From NCBI GenBank assembly GCA_036274595.1, contig DASUFL010000147.1:26532-90531 (forward strand): DNA of 64,000 nucleotides, read 5' to 3'. Made by a program: the position numbers and the translations under genes. This DNA is from Candidatus Eiseniibacteriota bacterium (lineage in GTDB: Bacteria; Eisenbacteria; RBG-16-71-46; SZUA-252). The notes under the pieces are model-generated. The model had not been told where the DNA came from. It ran no database searches and saw only the letters and a program-made list of their open reading frames with translations. This document shows positions 23,135 through 32,260 of the stretch, one piece after another; the stretch's first letter is position 1; each line of letters starts with the position of its first letter.

Positions 23135-24325
23135 GTGAAGTCCGCGGGCATCACCCTGATCGGGCTTTTCCTCGCGGCGAATGCCTTCGCCGCCCCTATC
23201 GACGCGCCCGCTACCCAGCCTCCCGTCCTTCCCATCCCCCAGAACCTCGTCGCCAAGGACAAGCCTGGAGACTCCGGTGGGGCCGTCGTCCTGACGTGGA
23301 CGGATCCGGTTTCGCTTCCCGCGGGGGCTGACATCGAGGTGCTCCGGGCGGAGCCGCCGGCCTATGACCTGCAGCCGATCGATCACGTGGCGGCCGGAGC
23401 GGGGACGTACACCGACACCTCGGCCAAGAATGGCGTGGCGTACCGCTACGGCCTGCGCTCCAGCCTTGCGACGACCGACTCCACGGGAGCCGTCAGCGTG
23501 GCGGCCGCGACCAGCGCTCCGGTCGTGAGCGAGCCCGTCTCCTCGCACGACAACTGGTTCAAGGTCGAGCGCACCAACTCCTTCATCGCCTCGGTCCTGT
23601 TCGTGATCATCGTCCTTGGCTCGATCCAGGTGGCGCGCTCCGGCAAGGAGATCTTCATCCGCCGGATCGCCGGCTTGAACGCCATCGACGAGGCCATCGG
23701 CCGCGCGACCGAGATCGGCAAGAAGGTGATGTACATCCCCGGCATCCAGTCGATGGACGACATCCAGACCGTCGCCTCGGTGGCGATCCTCGGCCACGTC
23801 GCGCGCTCGACCGCGCGTTACGGCACCGACCTCGAGGTGCCGAACAAGGATCCGCTCACGTTCGCCTCCGCCCGCGAGGTCGTCCGTGCGAGCTACCTCG
23901 AGGAAGGAAGACCGGATCTCTTCCGCGAGGAGATGGTGAACTACGTCACGTACGACCAGTTCGCCTTCACCGCCGCGGTCTCCGCGAAGATGACGCGCGA
24001 GAAGCCGGCCGCGATCTTCCTGGTCGGCTACTTCTTCGCGGAGTCGCTCATCCTGGCCGAGACGGGGCAGTCGACCGGCGCGATCCAGATCGCCGGGCAG
24101 GCCGATCCCACGCAGCTCCCGTTCTTCGTGGCGACCTGCGACTACACGCTGATCGGCGAGGAGCTCTACGCCGCGAGCGCGTACCTCTCGCGCGAGCCGG
24201 TCCTGCTCGGTTCCATCCGGGGGCAGGACATCGCCAAGGGCATCCTCATCCTCATCGCGATCGCGGGCATCCTGCTCGCGAGCGTCCACCTGGTCGACAT
24301 CTCCTCCTGGATCCGAACCAAATGA
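23135..24325 (+). CDS. Membrane protein of unknown function: signal peptide, fibronectin-III-like extracytoplasmic domain, two TM segments
   Basis: The GTG start gives VKSAGITLIGLFLAANAFA (a signal peptide). Residues ~35-120 have an FN3-like pattern (VVLTWTDP...YTDTSAKNGVAYRYGLRS). TM helices lie at ~145-165 and ~365-385. No recognisable catalytic family. Confidence 0.5.
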   Translation: MKSAGITLIGLFLAANAFAAPIDAPATQPPVLPIPQNLVAKDKPGDSGGAVVLTWTDPVSLPAGADIEVLRAEPPAYDLQPIDHVAAGAGTYTDTSAKNGVAYRYGLRSSLATTDSTGAVSVAAATSAPVVSEPVSSHDNWFKVERTNSFIASVLFVIIVLGSIQVARSGKEIFIRRIAGLNAIDEAIGRATEIGKKVMYIPGIQSMDDIQTVASVAILGHVARSTARYGTDLEVPNKDPLTFASAREVVRASYLEEGRPDLFREEMVNYVTYDQFAFTAAVSAKMTREKPAAIFLVGYFFAESLILAETGQSTGAIQIAGQADPTQLPFFVATCDYTLIGEELYAASAYLSREPVLLGSIRGQDIAKGILILIAIAGILLASVHLVDISSWIRTK

Positions 24326-25122
24326 GCTTCGATTTCGGACGGGTCGCTCTCGTACTCTGCTTCGCGATCGTACCGATCATCGGGATCTTCCTGGGGCTGA
24401 ACGCCCCCGGTCTCCGGAGCCGCGGTCCGATCCTGGTCGGCGTCGTCGCCGGCATCGTCCCCATCCTGGCGATGTACATCCCGAAGGGATTCGTGTCGGG
24501 GCCCGAGGGAATGGGGCCGCGGCTCGACAACTGGCTCATCATCCTGGCGGGGTTCGCCCTGCTCCTCGGAATCGTGAACGTGCTGCAGAACAACTTCAAG
24601 AAGATCGGGCGCCGGGAGTCGGGCTGGTTCTTCTCGGTCGTTCTCCTGACCGGACTCTTCGTCACGGGAGGGTTCGGGGTCTACGGGGCGCTCTCGGGGG
24701 TGGGCATCGGGTTCAACCCCGACGGTTCGCCGACGCCGTTCAAGTACATGACCGACTGGTTCTTCCAGCCGCTCCAGTCGACGATCTTCGCGCTCCTAGC
24801 GTTCTTCATGGCGAGCGCCGCGTTCCGCGCGTTCCGCGCCAGGAACGTCGAGGCGACGATCCTCCTGATCGCCGCCGGCCTCGTGATGCTCGGCCGCGTT
24901 CCGATCCTCGAGTTCCTGGCCGTTCCGTTTCCGTTCTTCCATGCCGCCGCCGCGTCCGGCAGCCAGGCGTTGGGGAAGCTCACCGAGTGGATCATGGACG
25001 TGCCGAACGGAGCGGCGCAGTCGGGCATCATCATCGGCGCGGCGCTCGGCGCCGCGTCCATGGCGATCCGCGTGATTCTCGGCATCGAGCGCGGCTACCT
25101 CGGCCTGGGGAAGGGGGAGTAG
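24322..25122 (+). CDS. Polytopic integral membrane protein, unknown function
   Basis: The ATG overlaps the upstream stop (ATGA). About 7 predicted TM helices. No motif recognised. Confidence 0.5.
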   Translation: MSFDFGRVALVLCFAIVPIIGIFLGLNAPGLRSRGPILVGVVAGIVPILAMYIPKGFVSGPEGMGPRLDNWLIILAGFALLLGIVNVLQNNFKKIGRRESGWFFSVVLLTGLFVTGGFGVYGALSGVGIGFNPDGSPTPFKYMTDWFFQPLQSTIFALLAFFMASAAFRAFRARNVEATILLIAAGLVMLGRVPILEFLAVPFPFFHAAAASGSQALGKLTEWIMDVPNGAAQSGIIIGAALGAASMAIRVILGIERGYLGLGKGE

Positions 25123-25123
25123 G

Positions 25124-25996
25124 GTGCGCGCGTTCCTCGAACGGCTCCTCCGCCTGGATCGCCGCTGGATCTTCCTCTTCGTCCTCCTGAGCGTCGCGAT
25201 CCCGATCGTGATTCCGCTCGGGCTCCCCGTGACCACGACCGAATCCACGCGCAAGGCCTTCGAGTTCATCGAGGCCATGAAGCCGGGCGACACGGTGCTC
25301 ATCTCGTTCGATTACGGGCCGTCCTCCGCACCCGAGAACGATCCGATGGCCGAAGCCGTCATGCGGCAGTGCGCGATCAGGAAGCTCCGCTTCATCGTGA
25401 TCGCGCTCTACCCGCTCGGAGGGCTGAACCTCGCCAGCAACGCCGTGGCCAAGGTCGTGGCCGAGTATCCCGACCTCAAGTACGGCGTCGATTACGTGAA
25501 TCTCGGCTACAAGGACGGCGCGTCGGCGGTCATGCGCCGGATGGGAGACGACATCGCGGGCGCGTTTCCGACGGACGAGGCGGGCACTCCCTTGGCGCAG
25601 ATTCCGATGATGAAGGGGATCGCGAGCCTCCGCCAGGTGCAGCTCGTCTTCACGGTGGCGACGGGGATCATCGGCGAGTGGTGGATCACGCAGGTGCACC
25701 CGCAGGTGGGCACGCCGATCATCATCGGACCGACCGCGGTGAGCGCTCCCAAGTACTATGCCTTTCTCAACTCGGGGCAGCTCGAAGGCATGCTCGGAGG
25801 CATGAAGGGCGCGGCCGAGTACGAGAAGCTCATGCGCGCGGCCCATCCCGAGATGGAGCGCTTCTACGGATCGACGCGAGATTTCACGGCCACCAAGGGG
25901 ATGGACGGGCAGACCGTGATGCACACGGTCGTTCTCCTCTTCATCCTGCTCGGCAATCTGGCGTTCTTCCTCACCCAGAAGAGGGCGGTCCGGTGA
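25124..25996 (+). CDS. Bitopic membrane protein (N- and C-terminal TM anchors flanking a ~230 aa soluble domain), unknown function
   Basis: The GTG lies 1 nt after the upstream TAG. TM segments at ~15-35 (WIFLFVLLSVAIPIVIPLG) and ~265-285. Confidence 0.5.
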   Translation: MRAFLERLLRLDRRWIFLFVLLSVAIPIVIPLGLPVTTTESTRKAFEFIEAMKPGDTVLISFDYGPSSAPENDPMAEAVMRQCAIRKLRFIVIALYPLGGLNLASNAVAKVVAEYPDLKYGVDYVNLGYKDGASAVMRRMGDDIAGAFPTDEAGTPLAQIPMMKGIASLRQVQLVFTVATGIIGEWWITQVHPQVGTPIIIGPTAVSAPKYYAFLNSGQLEGMLGGMKGAAEYEKLMRAAHPEMERFYGSTRDFTATKGMDGQTVMHTVVLLFILLGNLAFFLTQKRAVR

Positions 25997-26619
25997 GCCA
26001 TCTGCCCCCGATCGGCGTCTGGATCGCGGCCTTCCTGACTCTCTCCGCGCTCTCGTTCCTGTACAAGGACAACCCGTTCTTCCGCTTCGCGGAGAGCCTC
26101 TTCGCCGGTGTGTCGCTCGGCTACTACGTGGGGATCACCCTCGACCAGACCCTCGTTCCGAACCTGATCGAGCCGATGCAGCAGGACTTCGGCAAGCACT
26201 GGGACCTGCTCGTGCCGGGGCTCCTCGGGGTGTTGCTCTACATGCGCTATTTCCCGCGGATCGGATGGGTCTCGCGATACGCGCTGGCCATCTACGTGAC
26301 CTACTACATCGGCCTCGATTTCACGCGGCGCCTCCACGGCGAAGCCATGCCGCAGATCGCCCGCGTCATCGTCGCGCTCCCCGGGCCGAATCCGCTCGCG
26401 TTCGTCTTCGTGGTGGGCGTGCTGAGCGTGCTGGTCTACTTCTTCTTCTCGATGGAGCAGGGGCCGGTGACGCGGAGGATCTCGAGGCTGGGGATCTGGT
26501 TCCTGATGATCTCGTTCGGCGCCGCCTTCGGCTTCACGGTCATGGGCCGCGTCGCCCTTCTGATCGGCCGCCTCAACTTCCTGATTCTGGACTGGATCTA
26601 CCCGATTCTCGGGATTTGA
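25993..26619 (+). CDS. Polytopic integral membrane protein, unknown function
   Basis: The GTG overlaps the upstream TGA (GTGA). About 6 TM helices. This is the in-frame tail of the 25369 ORF in the track; the upstream part of that ORF is antisense and out of context and is rejected. Confidence 0.5.
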   Translation: MSHLPPIGVWIAAFLTLSALSFLYKDNPFFRFAESLFAGVSLGYYVGITLDQTLVPNLIEPMQQDFGKHWDLLVPGLLGVLLYMRYFPRIGWVSRYALAIYVTYYIGLDFTRRLHGEAMPQIARVIVALPGPNPLAFVFVVGVLSVLVYFFFSMEQGPVTRRISRLGIWFLMISFGAAFGFTVMGRVALLIGRLNFLILDWIYPILGI

Positions 26620-27358
26620 TCTTCGGGTCCGTCGCGGCCCTCTCCGCGGGCCCCGAGGCGGCCGGAGGCTCGGGCGCATCCGACGACGCCTTGAAGTTCA
26701 CCATCGGCACCGTCGTCCGGTTCCCCGCCGGATAGTCCACCGTCACCACGTCCCGAAGCGCCGCGATCCGCTGGGTGAGGCCCGCGATCGTCTCCGTCGC
26801 CGCCCGGATGCGCGCCACCTTCTCCCGTGCCTCCGGCGTCAGCGTGGGCTGCACGTAGAGGAGCTGCGCGTTCCCCTGGATCACTTGCAGGGGATTGTTG
26901 ATCTCGTGGTTCAGCGCCACCGCCATGGCGGAGACCGCCTTCATCCGCTCGGCGCGGAGCCGGTCCTCGGTCGCGCGATGGGCCGCGAGCGCGTTGCGCA
27001 CCTTGATCGGGAGCTGGAACCGCACGTCCCATTCGGTGAGCGGCTTCATGAAGTAGTCCGACGCGCCGAGCGTGAGACTCCGCTCCACGTCCTCGGGGGA
27101 CGTCGACGCGCTGGCCACGATCACCGGGATCTCCTTCCAGCGGTCGTCCTTCTTCATCGCGAGGAGCACGTCGAAGCCGTTCGGCGACGGCATCATGAGG
27201 TCGAGCAGCACGAGCCCGATCGTCTCCTGGCCCAGGATCTCGAGCGCCTGGTTCCCGTTGTCCGCCTCGAAGAAGACGTAGTCCCCCTGGCGCAAGACCA
27301 TGCGCAGGAGCTTCCGGTTGTGCGCCTCGTCGTCAACGAGAAGCAGGTGCTGGGCCAT
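26573..27358 (-). CDS. Response-regulator receiver fused to a HisKA (DHp) phosphoacceptor domain, lacking an ATPase (HATPase_c) domain
   Basis: Receiver residues are present (DDE..., LLDLMMP, VIVASAS, FMKPL). They are followed by AMAVALNHEINNPLQVIQGNAQLL (the HisKA H-box) and no G1/G2 ATP-binding boxes. Its start overlaps the upstream receiver gene by 26 nt. Confidence 0.7.
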   Translation of the reverse strand: MAQHLLLVDDEAHNRKLLRMVLRQGDYVFFEADNGNQALEILGQETIGLVLLDLMMPSPNGFDVLLAMKKDDRWKEIPVIVASASTSPEDVERSLTLGASDYFMKPLTEWDVRFQLPIKVRNALAAHRATEDRLRAERMKAVSAMAVALNHEINNPLQVIQGNAQLLYVQPTLTPEAREKVARIRAATETIAGLTQRIAALRDVVTVDYPAGNRTTVPMVNFKASSDAPEPPAASGPAERAATDPKIKSRESGRSSPESGS

Positions 27359-27755
27359 GGGCCCCTTTCTCCGCCAGGGCGCGAATGCGCGCGATCAGCT
27401 CGTCCGCGCTCACGATCGGTTTCGCGATGTAATCGTCCGCTCCCGACTCGGCGAGGAAGCGCTCGCGAGAGCCCTTCATCGCATGCGCCGTCGCGAGAAG
27501 GATGGGAATGCGCCGGGTCTCCGGATCCCGCTTCAGCCGGCGGCAGATCTCGAGACCGTCGACCGGAACGCCGCCCCACGCGCTGTTCGAGAGCGACACG
27601 TCGAGGATCACCACGTCGACGAGGCCCTGGCGCACGCGGTCGGCCACGTAGGCCGGATCCTCCGTCACCTCGACCTCGTACCGCGCCTTCCGGGTCAGGA
27701 TGAGGTCGAAGAGCTTGGCGTTCATCGGGTCGTCCTCGATGATCAGGATTCGCAC
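27333..27755 (-). CDS. Single-domain response regulator (receiver only)
   Basis: MRILIIEDD..., ILDVSL, LATAHA and YIAKP give the full set of receiver residues. Its start overlaps the HK stop by 13 nt. Confidence 0.7.
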   Translation of the reverse strand: MRILIIEDDPMNAKLFDLILTRKARYEVEVTEDPAYVADRVRQGLVDVVILDVSLSNSAWGGVPVDGLEICRRLKRDPETRRIPILLATAHAMKGSRERFLAESGADDYIAKPIVSADELIARIRALAEKGAHGPAPASR

Positions 27756-29683
27756 GATTCCGCCTCCGCTGCAGCCGCCTGCGCCACGGGGAGGGTGATC
27801 CGGACCGCGGTCCCCCGGTTCACGCCTTCGCTGGTGAGCTGAATGGTGCCCCCCATGAGATCGACGAGCGCGCGGCTGATCGCGAGACCGAGCCCCGTGC
27901 CGCGCTGGCGCCGGTGATAGGACGGGTCCGCCTGCGCGTACTTGCTGAAGAGCGCGGCCCGACGCTCCGGCGCGATGCCGACGCCGGTGTCTTCGACCGA
28001 CACGACGATCGAGCCCGCGTCGATCGCGGCGCGGACCCGCACCTCTCCTCTATCGGTGAACTTCACCGCGTTCCCGAGCAGATTCAGGAGCACCTGCCGG
28101 AACCGGGCGAGATCGACCGCCGCCAGGAGCGGCTCTCGGGGGACGTCCACCCGGACCGCCAATCCCTTCGCCGAGGCCATCGGCTGGAGCGCGTCGACCG
28201 CGGCCCGGATCGTCGGCGCGACGTCGGCCACGAGGAGCCGGAGCTCGAACCGCCCCGCCTCCGCCTTGGCGAGATCGAGAAGGTCGTTGATGACGGCGAG
28301 GAGGTGCTCCGCGGCTTCGCGAATGGAGCGCGCGAAGTCGAGGCGCTCGCCTTCGTCCGCGTCGATCCGCTGCTCGAGCAGCGTGGCGAACCCGATCACG
28401 GCGTTGAGCGGCGTGCGGAGCTCGTGCGACGTGTTCGCGAGGAAGTCGTTCTGCAGCCGGCGCGCCTGCTCGAGCTCGTGGTTCGCGTCGAGGAGCCGCT
28501 CGTTCATGCTCCCGAGCTCCGCTCCGCGCGCGCGAATGTCCTGCTCGCCTTCTCGACGCTCGGTGATGTCGCGCGCCACGAGGACGATCGCGATCAGCGC
28601 TCCCGCACGGTCGTGCGCCGGCGAGAGCCGCACCTCGGCGGGGAACGTGCTCCCGTCGCCCCGGAGAAAGCCGAGCTCGCCCGAGAACTCTCCCGACGCG
28701 CGCGCCACGTCGAGCGCGGCCGCGGGACCTGAAGCGGGAACGTGCGCCTCGCCGTCGGCCGTGGTCGCGCGGGGGGCGAAGGCCAGGTCGTCCAGCCGGC
28801 ATCCGAGAAGCTCGCCGGGCGGGACCAAGAGCGCAAGCTCGGCCGCGCGGTTGGCGCTCGATACGACTCCGTCGAGATCGAGCTCGAGCACGATCTCGCT
28901 CGTCCCGACGAGGTAGGATGCGAGGATCTGGTCGCGCCGCTCGAGTCGAAGGCGACGGAGCCCGGATGCGAGCTGCGCGGCCATCCAGCGAAGCAGCGCC
29001 CGCTCCCCGTTCGCGAGCGAGGCGCCGGCCGGGAGGAAGCACTGGACCGTGGCCGGGAGCCCTTCGTGCTCGAGGAAGGGAACCGAGACGACCTCGGCAT
29101 CGGCGCCGAGCATAGGCAGCGTGGCGGCAAACGCGTCGCGCTCCAAGCCCGCGAGGCCGCCCACCACGATCTCACCGAGCCAGGCCGCGCGGCTCGCGTG
29201 CGCTCGCGCGTCCGGTCCCGGCGCGTCCGGCTCGAGGGCCGCGCTCGCCTCGGGCGTGAGGCCGCGCGTCGCAATCAGCGTGAATTCGCCGCGCCCGCCC
29301 CGGTGCGCATAGAGCGCCCAGTGTCGAAGACCGGTGCCTTCGGCCACCGCGTCGAGCGCGTGGTGGACCAGGTCGTCCTCGCGGTCGAACCGCGCGAGGG
29401 TATCGCCGACCCGGTAGAGGGTGAGCTGCGCTTCCCGCGCCTGGGCGCGATCCAGGTCCAGGACGCGCGTGCGATGGAGCCACCCGGCCGCGAGGATCAG
29501 GGCCAGACCGGCAGGGAATGCGGCCCAGGGCACTCTCGAGGACGACGCGATCCACCCGACCGTGAGGCACGCGAGAAGGGCGCCCACGATTGCGAGGACG
29601 AGGGAGCGGCGCTTGGCGCGCGCGATCCCGGCAGGGCTCGATACCCCTGGCGTTGCAGGCGATGGGCTGTACGTGCTCGGCAC
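27743..29683 (-). CDS. Sensor histidine kinase (2 TM helices, GAF/PAS-like sensor region, HisKA, HATPase_c)
   Basis: FLANTSHELRTPLNAVIGF (H-box), LLNLLGNAVKFT (N-box) and GTGLGLAISRALVDLMGG (G2 box). PAS-like region around VVSSANRAAELALLVPPGELLG. GTG start at 29683. Confidence 0.8.
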   Translation of the reverse strand: MPSTYSPSPATPGVSSPAGIARAKRRSLVLAIVGALLACLTVGWIASSSRVPWAAFPAGLALILAAGWLHRTRVLDLDRAQAREAQLTLYRVGDTLARFDREDDLVHHALDAVAEGTGLRHWALYAHRGGRGEFTLIATRGLTPEASAALEPDAPGPDARAHASRAAWLGEIVVGGLAGLERDAFAATLPMLGADAEVVSVPFLEHEGLPATVQCFLPAGASLANGERALLRWMAAQLASGLRRLRLERRDQILASYLVGTSEIVLELDLDGVVSSANRAAELALLVPPGELLGCRLDDLAFAPRATTADGEAHVPASGPAAALDVARASGEFSGELGFLRGDGSTFPAEVRLSPAHDRAGALIAIVLVARDITERREGEQDIRARGAELGSMNERLLDANHELEQARRLQNDFLANTSHELRTPLNAVIGFATLLEQRIDADEGERLDFARSIREAAEHLLAVINDLLDLAKAEAGRFELRLLVADVAPTIRAAVDALQPMASAKGLAVRVDVPREPLLAAVDLARFRQVLLNLLGNAVKFTDRGEVRVRAAIDAGSIVVSVEDTGVGIAPERRAALFSKYAQADPSYHRRQRGTGLGLAISRALVDLMGGTIQLTSEGVNRGTAVRITLPVAQAAAAEAESCES

Positions 29684-29828
29684 GGAGGCCTCGGGTCAGG
29701 AGGGATGCGCCAGGGTCCGTTCGGGACTATCGGCACCCGAGAGCTGGAACTGGAGCCGCCGCGCCGGGTTTCTGCGGGTGGTGCTTCCTGCTAGCGTCCA
29801 ATGCCGCAAGGGGATATCATCCGTCCTC

Positions 29829-31022
29829 GTGCGCCTCCGCCCGCTCCTCCCGACCCTCCTTGCCATCTCGTCCCTGGCCCTGTCCGGCTGTTCGAACAAC
29901 AGCGACCGGGTGACGGGGAACGAGCGCCTGATTCGAGGCGCGGGAGGACTCGGCTCGACCCTGGTCGAGACGACCATCCCGGACCGGGACACGTACGTGA
30001 CCCCGGGGACCGCCAACTACGGCTCCGTCCTCCTCGTGGGGCGTGACGCGACCTTCGAAGCCCGCGCCTTTTTCAAGATCTTGAAGATCAACCTGCCGAG
30101 CACGGACTTCATCGGGGTCGTCCCGACCGGGAACGTGCTGCTCGACTTCCCGCACATCCAGCTCCGCAATGAGCCCTTCACCATCGATCTCGAGCTGCGT
30201 GAGACGGCCACGGCTCTGGCCGATAGCGGAACGATCTCGTGGCCGGGACCCGCGCCTGGGGTCCTTCTCGCGTCCAGCACCTACGACTTCACCGGGGATC
30301 TCATCATGGATCTCGGGCCGGGGAGCTATAGCCGCGTCGCGCAGTGGACGGCCCCCGAGCCTGACTCGATCCCCACGCTGATGCTCCAGGTATCCGCTCC
30401 TCAAGGCTTCGCCGCCTTCGCCTCGCGCACCGCGCGTCTCCGCATCCCGTTCACCAAGCAGGTGGCCGGCACGACCGTCCCCGACACCGTGAGCACGACG
30501 GTGAGGTTCGATCTCTATCTCCACCCGCCGCTCATTCCGGCCGCCACGGGATCGGACACCGCGCTCGTCCTGGGCGGTCCGTTCGAGTCGAGGATCGCGA
30601 TCCGCGGGCCGATTCCCGCGATGGCCCCGGGGGCCTCCATCAACGATCTGAGGCTCGTCTTCGGCGTGATCGACTCGATTCCCGGGTATGTGGTGGCGGC
30701 CGACAGCATCGCCCAGGTGCCGTTCACGATCGAGATCTACCAGGTGACCGGAACATGGCCCGAGACGGCGACCGACGGTTCCCAGGTCCCGACCGGATCG
30801 ACCCCGGTCGCCCTCGTGGTGCGCTCGTTCCCGGTCGGGGACACGCTCTCGATCCCGCTCCCGCCCGACCTCGCGCGCGGCTGGACCACGCTCAACGAAG
30901 GAGTCGTCCTCGGGATACGGAACGCGAACGTGAAGCCGGGGCTCAGGCTCGGCTCGCACGAATCCGCGCTCGTGCCGCTCTTGCGCGTGGGCACGACCAG
31001 CGCGCCGCCGGGACGCTTCTGA
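29829..31022 (+). CDS. Lipoprotein of unknown function
   Basis: The GTG at 29829 gives MRLRPLLPTLLAISSLALSGC, with a lipobox L-S-G-C. 398 aa with no recognised domain. The ORF in the track from 29421 is an upstream read-through and is rejected. Confidence 0.55.
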   Translation: MRLRPLLPTLLAISSLALSGCSNNSDRVTGNERLIRGAGGLGSTLVETTIPDRDTYVTPGTANYGSVLLVGRDATFEARAFFKILKINLPSTDFIGVVPTGNVLLDFPHIQLRNEPFTIDLELRETATALADSGTISWPGPAPGVLLASSTYDFTGDLIMDLGPGSYSRVAQWTAPEPDSIPTLMLQVSAPQGFAAFASRTARLRIPFTKQVAGTTVPDTVSTTVRFDLYLHPPLIPAATGSDTALVLGGPFESRIAIRGPIPAMAPGASINDLRLVFGVIDSIPGYVVAADSIAQVPFTIEIYQVTGTWPETATDGSQVPTGSTPVALVVRSFPVGDTLSIPLPPDLARGWTTLNEGVVLGIRNANVKPGLRLGSHESALVPLLRVGTTSAPPGRF

Positions 31023-32260
31023 TGCGCCCGCTCGCGGTCCCACGCGCGGTCCGGGGGGGCCTCGGCATGGCGGCCCTTCTATGGCTCACGCTCGCGGCAG
31101 GGTCGGCGCGCGCCAACTCCGTCTTCTCCTCGGCCGGTCTCGGCGAGCCCTCGCTGGAGGAGAGCGCTCGGCTTCGAGCCCTCGGCGGCGCGGGCGCGGC
31201 GGAGCACGGTCCCTCGAACTTCTCACTCGTCAATCCCGCCTCCATCGCCGAGGCGCAGCACCTCATTCTCGAGGCGACGCTCCTCCAGACGCGCCGTGAG
31301 GTCACCACCCTCCACTACGGCAACGAGACCGGAAACGAGTCCTCGTTCCCCTCGGTCCGCCTCGTTCTCCGGCTCCCCAACGGCTTGGTGCTGGGCGGGA
31401 GCTACCTGATCGGGACGAACGGCGAATTCCAGGTGACGAGGCCGGAGAGCTCGGGGGCCGCGTCGGTGCTTCGCGTCGACGGCCGCGGCGGGATCAATTT
31501 CCTCCGCGTCACCGCCGCCGCGAAAGTCGGCCGGAGTCTCCGGGCGGGGGTGGACTACGAAGTCGCCGGAGGCAGCTTTCACGAGGAGTGGCAGCGCCAG
31601 TTCGCCGATCCCAACCTGGCCGCCAATCGCGACACGCTCGATGTCTCCTGGGACCGGCTGGGCCGGTGGCGCTTCGGAGTGCAGTGGGTGAAGTCCTGGA
31701 TCTCGCTCGGGGGCGCCTACGAGACCGGACGGCGGCTCCCGCTCACCGAGCGCCAGGAGGCGGCCGGCTCGGTCACGGAGACCGGCAACTCCCTCCTCCT
31801 TCCCGAGGGCATCGTCGTCGGCTTCGAGCTGAAGCCGCGCGAGCGCACTCGATTCGTCGGGCAGTACCGGCGTCAGAACTACGGCGAGTCGACGATCGAG
31901 AGCGATCTCGTCACCTTCCGTCCCCTCGAGCGCTACTCGATCGGCTGGGAGCGGCTGCCACGGAACGAGGGACGCCCCGGGCTCGGCCTGCAGCGCATTC
32001 CGCTTCGCCTTGGCTTCACGGTCCTGCGCTGGCCCGATCTCCTGCCGGTCGCCGGCGCTTCCGACATCGGCGGAGGCACGGCCGCCGTGGAGGAGTGGGC
32101 GGCCTCGATCGGAACCGGCCTTCGCACGAAGGACGGTGGGGGCGCGATCGATCTCAGCTTGGAGGGAGGACAGCGAGGCGACAAGGATACGCTGGGCGCG
32201 ATGGAGACCTTCTTCCGGCTTGGCCTCTCGCTACGTGTGAGCGACGAGACCTGGCGCTAG
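31022..32260 (+). CDS. Predicted outer-membrane beta-barrel protein, unknown function
   Basis: The ATG overlaps the upstream stop (TGATG). Signal peptide (MRPLAVPRAVRGGLGMAALLWLTLAAGSARA), alternating amphipathic beta-strand patterns, and a C-terminal aromatic residue (...VSDETWR). Confidence 0.45.
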   Translation: MRPLAVPRAVRGGLGMAALLWLTLAAGSARANSVFSSAGLGEPSLEESARLRALGGAGAAEHGPSNFSLVNPASIAEAQHLILEATLLQTRREVTTLHYGNETGNESSFPSVRLVLRLPNGLVLGGSYLIGTNGEFQVTRPESSGAASVLRVDGRGGINFLRVTAAAKVGRSLRAGVDYEVAGGSFHEEWQRQFADPNLAANRDTLDVSWDRLGRWRFGVQWVKSWISLGGAYETGRRLPLTERQEAAGSVTETGNSLLLPEGIVVGFELKPRERTRFVGQYRRQNYGESTIESDLVTFRPLERYSIGWERLPRNEGRPGLGLQRIPLRLGFTVLRWPDLLPVAGASDIGGGTAAVEEWAASIGTGLRTKDGGGAIDLSLEGGQRGDKDTLGAMETFFRLGLSLRVSDETWR

